From assembly GCA_049968235.1 (NCBI GenBank), contig JBMFRC010000002.1, forward strand, positions 64,001 to 128,000: 64,000 nt of DNA. The letters run 5' to 3'. Positions 54,466 through 64,000 of the stretch are shown piece by piece. Made by a program: the position numbers and the translations under genes. Origin of the DNA: Candidatus Hydrogenedens sp. Its GTDB lineage: Bacteria; Hydrogenedentota; Hydrogenedentia; Hydrogenedentales; Hydrogenedentaceae. Position 1 is the first letter of the stretch, and each line of letters opens with the position of its first letter. The notes under the pieces are model-generated. The model made no database searches. It saw only the letters and a program-made list of their open reading frames with translations, and was not told the DNA's origin.

Positions 54466-56421
54466 CTAAGCAAGGTCAGGTAAAGGGGGTTGAGAAGGTG
54501 CAGGCACCTCGGGCAATTCACCGGTCCTGGGTTCTTGAGGTTTTACCTCTTCTGTTATTTTTTTCTGTCTGTCTTTCTTCCATCGTTCAGGGAGAACATG
54601 TTCACCTCCGACAGAACAAATTATATCATCAATTTCATAGGATTCTAATGTTTCTTTTTCATTTAATGCTTTTGCTAATGCATCCAATATATCTCTATAC
54701 TTTTCCAAAAGTTCTTTTGTATCTTTATAAGCATCTTCAATAATTTTATGGACTTCTCGGTCAACGGATGCTGCGGTCTCCTCACTAAATTCTCGCATTC
54801 GGACAAAATCGCGACCCAAAAACACTTCATCGTTTTTACCGAAAGCAATCGGACCCAAAGAGCTCATTCCCCATTCACAAACCATTGAATGGGCTAAACG
54901 CGTGGCTTGTTGCAGGTCATTCGCACAACCACTTGTAAATTCATTAAAGACAATTTCTTCTGCGGCGCGTCCACCCATAGTAACCCGTATTGTTGCTAAA
55001 CACCACTTTTGCGTAAGATTGTGTCTATCTTCCTCAGGCAAGAAACTTGTAACACCTAAGGAAGGACCGCGTGGAATAATCGTCGCTTTGTGTATGGGGT
55101 CGGCATCTGGCAATAACCGACCTATTAAAACATGTCCCGCTTCATGATATGCAGTTTGTAATTTCTCCTTCGCACTTAAAACCAAACTTTTCCGAGCAGG
55201 ACCCATTAGAACTCGGTCTTTAGCATCCTCGAAATCAATCATACTTACTTTTTCTTTATTCCGTCTTGCTGCAAGTAGCGCAGCTTCATTTACCATATTT
55301 GCAAGGTCGGCTCCTGAAAATCCCGGGGTACTTCTTGCTAATACCTCAAGGTCAACATCATCGTCCATAGGAACTTTCTGATTACGTATATGCACCTCTA
55401 ATATCTGTTTTCTACCCCGAATATCCGGATTCGCTACAACAATCTGACGGTCAAATCGTCCCGGACGAAGTAACGCTCTATCCAGGACATCCGGTCGATT
55501 TGTTGCTGCCATCAAAATAACGCCTTCATTACTATTAAAACCATCCATCTCTACCAATAACTGATTTAAGGTTTGTTCTCTTTCATCATGTCCACCACCC
55601 AATCCAGCACCTCTTTGTCTACCTACTGCATCAATTTCATCTATAAAAATAATACAAGGGGCATTTTTATATCCCTGCTGGAACAAATCCCGAACACGAC
55701 TTGCACCTACACCTACAAACATTTCTACAAAATCCGAACCACTGATACTAAAAAATGGGACATTGGCTTCACCTGCCACAGCACGGGCTAATAAAGTTTT
55801 TCCGGAACCCGGTGGACCTACTAACAGAACACCTCTCGGGATTCTGCCACCCAATCGTGAAAACTTTTTGGGGTCTTTTAGATATTCTACAATTTCTTTT
55901 AATTCCTCTTTCGCTTCATCTACACCCGCCACATCATTAAAAGTTACCACCTTATCACTCTGATTAACCAATCGTGCCCGACTTTTCCCAAACGATAATG
56001 CTTTATTACTACCCCCCTGAACCTGTCTAAACATCAAAAACCAGAACAACCCCATAATAATAAGCAAAGGAAGAACATTAATTAAAATGCCCTGCCACAA
56101 TGGATTATCCGTCTCATATTTATATACCACCCCTTGTTGTTCTAACTGTTCTTTCCATTCTTCCTTAAAATTATCTGTATTAAACTGTATCTTTTTCTGT
56201 CCTTCAACTTCATTTTTCAATTCCGCATATACCTGTTTAAGGTTATTCCCTGATTCTCGAATAGTTACTGTTTTAATATTCCCCTGTTGGAGTTGTTGGA
56301 CGAAATCCGGTTCAAGAAGTTCTTTGTGAGGCCCTCTGACCTTTGAAAAATTGGATAACACAAGCACCATAATAATCAAAAAAACTACCCATAACGATAT
56401 TTGCTTCAAAAAACTATTCAT
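54466..56421 (-). CDS. ftsH: ATP-dependent zinc metalloprotease FtsH
   Basis: N-terminal TMs. Walker [12 protein letters not shown] region. Zinc site HEAGHVL. 651 aa. Confidence 0.92.
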   Translation of the reverse strand: MNSFLKQISLWVVFLIIMVLVLSNFSKVRGPHKELLEPDFVQQLQQGNIKTVTIRESGNNLKQVYAELKNEVEGQKKIQFNTDNFKEEWKEQLEQQGVVYKYETDNPLWQGILINVLPLLIIMGLFWFLMFRQVQGGSNKALSFGKSRARLVNQSDKVVTFNDVAGVDEAKEELKEIVEYLKDPKKFSRLGGRIPRGVLLVGPPGSGKTLLARAVAGEANVPFFSISGSDFVEMFVGVGASRVRDLFQQGYKNAPCIIFIDEIDAVGRQRGAGLGGGHDEREQTLNQLLVEMDGFNSNEGVILMAATNRPDVLDRALLRPGRFDRQIVVANPDIRGRKQILEVHIRNQKVPMDDDVDLEVLARSTPGFSGADLANMVNEAALLAARRNKEKVSMIDFEDAKDRVLMGPARKSLVLSAKEKLQTAYHEAGHVLIGRLLPDADPIHKATIIPRGPSLGVTSFLPEEDRHNLTQKWCLATIRVTMGGRAAEEIVFNEFTSGCANDLQQATRLAHSMVCEWGMSSLGPIAFGKNDEVFLGRDFVRMREFSEETAASVDREVHKIIEDAYKDTKELLEKYRDILDALAKALNEKETLESYEIDDIICSVGGEHVLPERWKKDRQKKITEEVKPQEPRTGELPEVPAPSQPPLPDLA

Positions 56422-56775
56422 TCGAATGTGAAACCTTCGTAAATCTTTAATTATTTTAATATAAAACGAAAATTCTCAATGAATTAATGACGAAATATTA
56501 AACTTCACATCTTAAAAATAACCATTATATAACTTACTTATATGATAATATGATAACAAATATAACCCGGTAAAACAATTCTCTAAAATTCGTTCCTTTC
56601 TCTTTTAGGTATAAATTGCTTTAACAAAGTAGTTTATTATCAATATTCATTTGTTGGATACATTAAATTGAAAATGCAATTACAAAAAACTTCACAATTT
56701 TGTTATAATAAAACATCAAATTTTATAGTCCCTATTCCCTATATATCGTAGTTTTCAGTAGAACAATAAAATTAG

Positions 56776-57816
<1,041 letters not shown>

Positions 57817-57901
57817 TCTTGTTTATATCGTTTCTATAATACTGAATTTGAAGTGAGAAGAGGGTAAAAAGTTTTAATATATATTAAAATCTAATAAAAA
57901 A

Positions 57902-58831
57902 ATGAATACACTGGATACATCAAAAGCATATCGGTCAAACATCATTTTTGTGCTAATATGCTTATTATGTATTATTTCCCTCCTTACAGACACTCCTTCA
58001 ACACCTATTCGTAATATTCTTAAACAAGCCATTTACCTAACAACCTATCCTTTAATAAATATAAAATCACAAACAGGGAAAATTTTAGACTATATTGTTG
58101 CGGTTCTTTTTGAAACTGATTATTTGAAAAAAGAAAATCAAACATTGAAGGAAGACATCCTTCGATTACGATTAGCAATTATTGAAAAAGGAGAAAAAAA
58201 TTATCAATTAGAGAAAAAACTAAAAATGGCGATTCTTCCAGAGGAATGGAAACCCTTAAAATTATTACAGGCAAATGTTTTAGAAACTTATCAGGGGGCA
58301 TTACGAATTGACCGTGGCTCTCGGGATGGTATTTCTATATCACAGCCTGTAGTGGTCCCGGAAGGGGTTGTTGGAATCATAATAGAGACTTCTTTATTCT
58401 CCTCTGTCGTTGCGACACTACACCATCGTGAATGTCGAATAGGGGCAATGATACAACGAGAAAGGTTACGTCCCTATGATGGTGTAATTTATCCTTCCGG
58501 AGATTTACGCAAAATTTGCACCATGAATTATATTGATATATATGATAAAGTTCGCGTTGGAGATTTTGTGGTAACCAGTCCTGAAAGCACATTCCCACCG
58601 GGATTGCCTATTGGAATTATTCAGGCAATTCATGAATCAGGAACACTCTGGAAAAGTGCAGACATAACACCCATTGTTGACCCATATAAATTAGATTATG
58701 TTTTTATTATCCTTGATAAAATAGAACCACTAAATATGGCAGACTATAACAATGCCCATATTTCTGAAGATAAAATATATAATGAGAAAACAGAATATCA
58801 AACACCTATACAGGAATTATTAGCACCGTAA
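57902..58831 (+). CDS. mreC: Rod shape-determining protein MreC
   Basis: N-terminal TM, coiled-coil region, and hallmark GDFVVTSPESTFPPGLPIGII motif. Immediately downstream of mreB. Confidence 0.8.
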   Translation: MNTLDTSKAYRSNIIFVLICLLCIISLLTDTPSTPIRNILKQAIYLTTYPLINIKSQTGKILDYIVAVLFETDYLKKENQTLKEDILRLRLAIIEKGEKNYQLEKKLKMAILPEEWKPLKLLQANVLETYQGALRIDRGSRDGISISQPVVVPEGVVGIIIETSLFSSVVATLHHRECRIGAMIQRERLRPYDGVIYPSGDLRKICTMNYIDIYDKVRVGDFVVTSPESTFPPGLPIGIIQAIHESGTLWKSADITPIVDPYKLDYVFIILDKIEPLNMADYNNAHISEDKIYNEKTEYQTPIQELLAP

Positions 58832-58846
58832 TACGAGTTTTAATTC

Positions 58847-59362
58847 ATGAATATCAATCATATTATCTGGATAATAATTATTTTAATTCTCACTGTGTTA
58901 CAAACCGCCTGGCCGGATATCCTTAGGGTTCAGGGAGTTACTCCTGACCTTGGATTGATTATGGTCATTTACTTTGCTCTATTCTATAGCGAAGAGAAAG
59001 CCATGTTTACAGGTTTATTTGCTGGAATATATCAGGATATTGCAAGTAATACCACATTGGGGCATCATATTCTTTGCCTTGTAATTACAGGCTTTATTTT
59101 TGGCAAATTGTCCGGGCGATTGATTAGTGAACATCCTGCTATTAAATCCGCTTTAGTCTTTGGTGGGGCTGTTTTACACGGTATCTTATTTAATATTATC
59201 GTTTATCTGCAGGACCCTTACACAAATCTGATTTATGTAATTTTTATTAACACAGTGCCATCTGCTTTTTATAGTGCATTAATGACCCCTTTTGTTTTCT
59301 GGTTATTACAACAAATTTTCCGATTTGTAGATTTTTTCTCTGCATATTCTCCAGGCAAGTAA
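58847..59362 (+). CDS. mreD: Rod shape-determining protein MreD
   Basis: 171 aa polytopic membrane protein in the canonical position between mreC and mrdA. Confidence 0.6.
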   Translation: MNINHIIWIIIILILTVLQTAWPDILRVQGVTPDLGLIMVIYFALFYSEEKAMFTGLFAGIYQDIASNTTLGHHILCLVITGFIFGKLSGRLISEHPAIKSALVFGGAVLHGILFNIIVYLQDPYTNLIYVIFINTVPSAFYSALMTPFVFWLLQQIFRFVDFFSAYSPGK

Positions 59363-59363
59363 T

Positions 59364-61310
59364 ATGGGTATGATTCAGACAACACAAAAGAATTTCTTTT
59401 ATCGCTTTTCTCTGGTTATATTCCTTGTGATTTTAAGTATGGCAATTCTCCTATTCCGTTTGTGGACAATACAGGTACGGGATGCAGAACTCTATCGTGA
59501 GAAAGCAGAAAATAACCGCATTTGGCCCCAACGGATGAAAGCCGACCGGGGAAAAATAGTTACAAAGGATGGAACCATTCTGGCTGATAATCGTCCTTCT
59601 GCAGATGTCATATTTGTTCCCGGAGATTGTCCATCAAACCGATACAAAAATGTCGCGGAAACATTAGAAAAACTCGTTAATATCCCTTCTTTCTGGATTT
59701 TAGAACAAATTGAGAATTTCAAAACTGAACCTTTTACACAAATAACACTTAAAAGAGATATATCTCGTTCCGATTGGATACGAATTGAAGAAAATAATTT
59801 TCAACTTCCGGGGGTGTATGTTACCGTTCAACCCCAGAGAAGATACCCGTTGGGAAACACTGCTGGACAAATTATCGGATATATTAACGAAACAAACAGT
59901 GATGAACTGGTTCTATATGAAGGTAAATATTTTCCCGGTGATTTCATTGGAAGAAGCGGAATTGAACGGTATTATGAAAATATTCTCAAAGGAACCGATG
60001 GCTATATGACGGTTACAAAATATGCATCCGGAAGACCTCAACTACGCACAGACCGCTATGGGAATCTACTCCTTGTAAGGAAAGATACACGTGGACATTT
60101 ATTAACTGAAGAAAAAGAACTCCGTCAATTGCCCACACCCGGTAAAAATCTTGTTCTAACACTGGATATTGAATTGCAAAAACTTTGTGAAGATTTACTT
60201 GCCAGTCAACCAGGTTCCATTGTTGTTTTAGACGCGGACACAGGAGCCGTTTTAGCAATGGCAAGTAGTCCTAATTATGACCCGAATATATTTGTTACCA
60301 AAGGGAAAGATAGTGAAAGAATTGAATTGTTGCAAAATAAGCGACCCAATCGAATGACAAATCGTGCGATAAGTGAACAATATCCCCCTGGCTCTGTATT
60401 TAAAGTATTTCTTGCTGCAACAGCCCTTGAAAAAGGGGTTATTACTCCAAAAACAACTTTTTTCTGTCCAGGCTCATTTAAAATTGGAGGAACAGGTAGA
60501 GAATGGAAATGCTGGCAGAAGTATGGGCATGGTTCGGTCACTGTTCGTGAAGCACTTGCTTACTCCTGTGATGTGTTTTTTTATAATGTTGGGCTTAAAT
60601 TAGGAGTAGATACTATATCTGAATATTGTCATAAAATAGGGCTAGGCGAAAAAACAGGCATTGATTTACCGGGTGAAGTTTCAGGACTTATTCCAGACCG
60701 TATATGGAAAGCAAAAACAAATGCACAAAAACCTATATGGGAACAAAAATGGTATCCCGGGGATACAGTAAATTTGAGTATTGGACAGGGAAGTTGTGCC
60801 ACAACACCTTTACAAAATGCCGTATTGATGGCAACTATTATTAATGGGGGACATCGAGTTTATCCCCATTTAAATGCTGATTTTGTCCCTCCCCAACCTG
60901 AGGAGCAAATTTTTTCAAAAAAAACATTAGAGACAGTTATCGATGGAATGAGACTTTGTGTTGAATCTATAGGAGAAGCACGCGCAGGAACAGGAAAACT
61001 TGCTAAAGTTGATGGAATTACTGTTATTGGTAAAACAGGTTCCGCTCAAATTATGTCATTAGAACACCATAAAAAATACAAAACAGAAGAAGAAATCCCA
61101 TGGGAAATTAAAGACCATGCATGGTTCATAGCAGGAGTTACCGACAAAACGCCTAAAATAGCCATGTGTATACTTGTGGAACATGGACATCACGGTTCTT
61201 CTGTAGCAGCACCTTTAGCACAAAAAATTATCCATTTCTTCTATAATCGGGAAACAAAACAAGACATTCCATTGATAGCACGGGAAACAACAGGAGGAAT
61301 TCAACATTGA
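59364..61310 (+). CDS. mrdA: Penicillin-binding protein 2 (elongasome transpeptidase)
   Basis: N-terminal TM. SxxK (GSVFK). SxD/N (SCDV). KTGS (GKTGSAQ). Located between mreD and rodA. Confidence 0.85.
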   Translation: MGMIQTTQKNFFYRFSLVIFLVILSMAILLFRLWTIQVRDAELYREKAENNRIWPQRMKADRGKIVTKDGTILADNRPSADVIFVPGDCPSNRYKNVAETLEKLVNIPSFWILEQIENFKTEPFTQITLKRDISRSDWIRIEENNFQLPGVYVTVQPQRRYPLGNTAGQIIGYINETNSDELVLYEGKYFPGDFIGRSGIERYYENILKGTDGYMTVTKYASGRPQLRTDRYGNLLLVRKDTRGHLLTEEKELRQLPTPGKNLVLTLDIELQKLCEDLLASQPGSIVVLDADTGAVLAMASSPNYDPNIFVTKGKDSERIELLQNKRPNRMTNRAISEQYPPGSVFKVFLAATALEKGVITPKTTFFCPGSFKIGGTGREWKCWQKYGHGSVTVREALAYSCDVFFYNVGLKLGVDTISEYCHKIGLGEKTGIDLPGEVSGLIPDRIWKAKTNAQKPIWEQKWYPGDTVNLSIGQGSCATTPLQNAVLMATIINGGHRVYPHLNADFVPPQPEEQIFSKKTLETVIDGMRLCVESIGEARAGTGKLAKVDGITVIGKTGSAQIMSLEHHKKYKTEEEIPWEIKDHAWFIAGVTDKTPKIAMCILVEHGHHGSSVAAPLAQKIIHFFYNRETKQDIPLIARETTGGIQH

Positions 61311-62530
61311 GTTTTATGGAACAATATATAACTCATCCTCCTAAGATACAATTCGAAATTGAGGATAGTGGCATACATATTATAAACTGGCGTAGATTAA
61401 ATCGCATTGACCCCATTCTCTTCTTGTTAATGCTAATTTTGGTCGTCATAGGTTGGATAAATATGTATAGTGCCAGTCAGAATGAAGATTATTCCTATTT
61501 TATGAAACATCTTTTGATTTTCTTTATAAGTCTTCCTATCTTGTTTTTCATTACTATGATTGATTATCGAATCATAGTTGCTTCTGCACCCCTTCTTTAT
61601 TCTTTTTCCATTCTACTTCTTGTTATTGTGTTATTTTTCGGTGTTCAGGCAAAAGGAAGTGAACGATGGATACCCGTAGGACCTATGCGATTCCAACCTT
61701 CGGAAATAAATAAAATTATAATCGTTCTTATGCTCACCTGGTATCTGGGAAAAATTGGTGATAATATAAAAAAATTACATTGGTATATATTAACATTCGT
61801 AATTTCCGGCGTCCCTATTATGCTAATTTTTCTACAACCGAACCTTGGTACTGCAATGTGTATTGTTCCTATCACAATGATAATGTTATGGATTGCAGGC
61901 TGTCGGGTGTGGCACTGGTTGGCAACTATTCTGGCTAGTATTATATTAATTGGCTTTATCTTCTTTGAAGTGAATAGTCTTACTCCCGAACAAATACAAG
62001 CAGGGAAACATCCTGACTTTTTACCCCTCAAACCTCACCAACTGATGAGAATTTATACATTCTTTAATCCTGAAGCAGATATACAGGGAGGAGGATGGCA
62101 AACTTATCAAAGTAGAATTACTATCGGAAGCGGTGGAATTCACGGAAAAGGATTCCGTCAGGGGACCCAAACCCGATTAAAATATCTGCCTGAACATCAT
62201 ACAGACTTCATTTTTTCATTATTTGCCGAAGAACACGGTTTTTATAAATCTGCATTATTAATTATTTTATATGGATTGTTTCTTCTTCGATGTTTACATC
62301 TGGCAATATATGCCACAGAATTGAAAGGAAAGTTATTAATTACAGGAATTACTATCATATTCTTGTTCCATGTTTTCATAAACATTGCTATCACTATGGG
62401 ACTTCTTCCTGTAACTGGATTGCCTTTGCCTTTTTTTAGTTGGGGCCGTTCTTTTTATCTTACCTGTATAACAGGTATAGGTTTAATATATAGTGTCCCT
62501 CGGGAAAAATCATATTTATTTTCAGGATAA
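61307..62530 (+). CDS. rodA: Peptidoglycan glycosyltransferase RodA (SEDS family)
   Basis: About 10 TM helices and conserved FtsW/RodA blocks (QPNLGTA, PEHHTDFIFS). TTG start overlapping the mrdA stop by 4 nt, with ggagg RBS. An alternative ATG lies at 61316. Confidence 0.85.
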   Translation: MSFMEQYITHPPKIQFEIEDSGIHIINWRRLNRIDPILFLLMLILVVIGWINMYSASQNEDYSYFMKHLLIFFISLPILFFITMIDYRIIVASAPLLYSFSILLLVIVLFFGVQAKGSERWIPVGPMRFQPSEINKIIIVLMLTWYLGKIGDNIKKLHWYILTFVISGVPIMLIFLQPNLGTAMCIVPITMIMLWIAGCRVWHWLATILASIILIGFIFFEVNSLTPEQIQAGKHPDFLPLKPHQLMRIYTFFNPEADIQGGGWQTYQSRITIGSGGIHGKGFRQGTQTRLKYLPEHHTDFIFSLFAEEHGFYKSALLIILYGLFLLRCLHLAIYATELKGKLLITGITIIFLFHVFINIAITMGLLPVTGLPLPFFSWGRSFYLTCITGIGLIYSVPREKSYLFSG

Positions 62531-62536
62531 AATACT

Positions 62537-64000
62537 ATGAAAGAATTAGTAATCAATGTGGAACCATTAGAAACTCGTATCGCCTTATTGGAAAATCAAA
62601 AATTAACTGAATTGATGATAGAACGGGTTGAAACTCCATCTATTGTGGGAAATATTTACAAAGGGAGAGTAGACTCTATTATCCCTGGGATTCAGGCAGC
62701 TTTTATAGATATAGGAACCAACAAAAATGGCTTTTTATATGTTTCGGATATATCGACAGATTTTGATGATATTATCATTGACGAAGGAATGGTTCCTCGT
62801 CCACTTCACCGGAAAGCAGTAACAGGACCAGCCCGAATTCAAAATATACTCCATACAAACCAAAATCTTATGGTTCAGGTAGTTAAAGACCAGATAGGTA
62901 ATAAAGGAGCAAGACTTACGACATTTATAACTATACCCGGAAGGTATGTAGTCCTTTTTCCTACTATTAATGCTACTGGTATTTCGAGAAAAATTGAATC
63001 TGAAAAGGAACGCGAACGACTACGGAAAATTATGCATCAAATAAAGCCCCAGGGAATGGGGATTGTTTTTAGAACTGCAGCAGATGGTAAACCCCGGGAA
63101 GATTTAGAAAATGATGTTATGTATTTATTACGCGTGTGGGAAGGAGTTAATGAAAAATACCGGACATTAAAAGGAACCGGACTTATACGAGAAGATTTAA
63201 ATCCTATATTACGAATTGTTCGAGACCGGTTTACAAAAGAAATTCAACGATTAACAATAGATAATCCTTTTCAGTATGAAAAAATTATTAATTTCCTCGA
63301 CATACTTGAACCTCCACTTAAAAAAAGGGTGCGTCTTTACAAATTAAAAACACCTATATTCGAAAAAATGAATATTGAACGGGAAATTGATAAAATTCTT
63401 CAACGCAATGTTCAACTTAAATCGGGCGGGTATATTACCATTGATTTAACAGAAGCATTAGTTGCTATTGATGTAAATACAGGGAGTTTTACAGGGAAAA
63501 AAGAATTAGAAGAAACAATCCTTCAAACCAATCTTGAAGCAGCCGAAGAAATCGCAAGGCAGGTACGTCTTCGTGATTTGAATGGAATTATTGTAATAGA
63601 CTTCATTGATATGGCATTAGAACAAAACCGAAAGAAACTACTGAACCATTTTATAAACTTACTAAAAAATGACCGTGCACGAATCACTGTATCTGAAATT
63701 AGTGAACTCGGTATGATTGAAATGACCCGACAGCGATTAAAGCAAAATGTGATTAAAACATTATCACAACCCTGTCCCTATTGTTATGGACGCGGACATA
63801 TAAAATCCATTACAACCGTTTTATTAGACATACTTCGTAAGTTGAAAAACATGTTTGTGGTTAATAAAGAGAAAAAATTTATTCTCCAAACACACTTCGA
63901 TATTGCTAAAAGATTACGAGAGGAAAATGAATTTCTTATCAAAAATTTACAAAAGGAATTTAATAAAGAGATTCTCATCGAGTCGGTGTCTGATTTTCAC
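62537..64000 (+). CDS. rng: Ribonuclease G/E family endoribonuclease (3'-truncated by window end)
   Basis: N-terminal S1 domain IVGNIYKGRVDSIIPGIQAAFIDIG..GFLYVSDI. Catalytic region DFIDM. Zn-link-like CPYCYGRG. Continues past 64000. Confidence 0.8.
   Translation, partial: MKELVINVEPLETRIALLENQKLTELMIERVETPSIVGNIYKGRVDSIIPGIQAAFIDIGTNKNGFLYVSDISTDFDDIIIDEGMVPRPLHRKAVTGPARIQNILHTNQNLMVQVVKDQIGNKGARLTTFITIPGRYVVLFPTINATGISRKIESEKERERLRKIMHQIKPQGMGIVFRTAADGKPREDLENDVMYLLRVWEGVNEKYRTLKGTGLIREDLNPILRIVRDRFTKEIQRLTIDNPFQYEKIINFLDILEPPLKKRVRLYKLKTPIFEKMNIEREIDKILQRNVQLKSGGYITIDLTEALVAIDVNTGSFTGKKELEETILQTNLEAAEEIARQVRLRDLNGIIVIDFIDMALEQNRKKLLNHFINLLKNDRARITVSEISELGMIEMTRQRLKQNVIKTLSQPCPYCYGRGHIKSITTVLLDILRKLKNMFVVNKEKKFILQTHFDIAKRLREENEFLIKNLQKEFNKEILIESVSDFH

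Noticed and set aside
63784-63978. 64-aa minus-strand ORF
   Set aside because: It lies inside the rng (RNase G/E) coding region on the opposite strand.

Overview
This 64 kb window comes from an AT-rich (about 35-40% GC), apparently Gram-negative genome. The placement in that group rests on LPS genes (lpxH, a GT9 heptosyltransferase-like gene, a heptose-type GHMP kinase) and a full mreBCD-mrdA-rodA rod-shape cluster. The many sulfatase-fold, glycoside-hydrolase and PAS-type signalling genes are reminiscent of PVC or candidate-phylum lineages, but the phylum cannot be fixed from sequence alone.

The 3' third (48-64 kb) is conserved housekeeping. On the minus strand lies an ftsH-folP-glmM-pdxJ-GT4-PHP-lepB-lpxH string. 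On the plus strand lies mreB-mreC-mreD-mrdA(PBP2)-rodA-rng, with rng running off the window end. The middle holds murB, a GHMP sugar kinase, thrS, two RNA/SAM methyltransferases and assorted hydrolases.

The accessory-looking content is in the 5' half.
(i) A 3.4-11.3 kb block of sulfatase-fold genes. It holds a TAT-signal Cys-type sulfatase that carries a frameshift plus an in-frame stop, so it is a probable pseudogene. It holds two tandem paralogous 860-890 aa membrane-anchored proteins. These combine an undescribed roughly 300 aa N-terminal domain (IRWGWSS motif) with an alkaline-phosphatase/sulfatase-fold domain in which the formylglycine Cys is replaced by Thr. It also holds a membrane-anchored SGNH/GDSL-like protein (GCSxxxG ... 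DGHP).
(ii) A 1267 aa secreted giant protein with PEG/EG-rich linkers and two C-terminal dockerin/EF-hand-like repeats.
(iii) An unusual fusion of a GH78 alpha-L-rhamnosidase-like enzyme with an L,D-transpeptidase domain, sitting next to an M23 peptidase.
(iv) An EF-P homologue whose conserved KPGKG loop reads TPGNWRA, so it lacks the modifiable Lys.
(v) An 828 aa PAS/GAF protein ending in a CxxC...CxxC module.
(vi) An 893 aa membrane-anchored ankyrin-repeat protein.
(vii) A stand-alone SagB/ThcOx-type tandem nitroreductase-like dehydrogenase.
(viii) An unannotated 42-codon ORF with a near-perfect Shine-Dalgarno and flanking terminators.

No rRNA, tRNA, CRISPR array, transposase or integrase was recognised.
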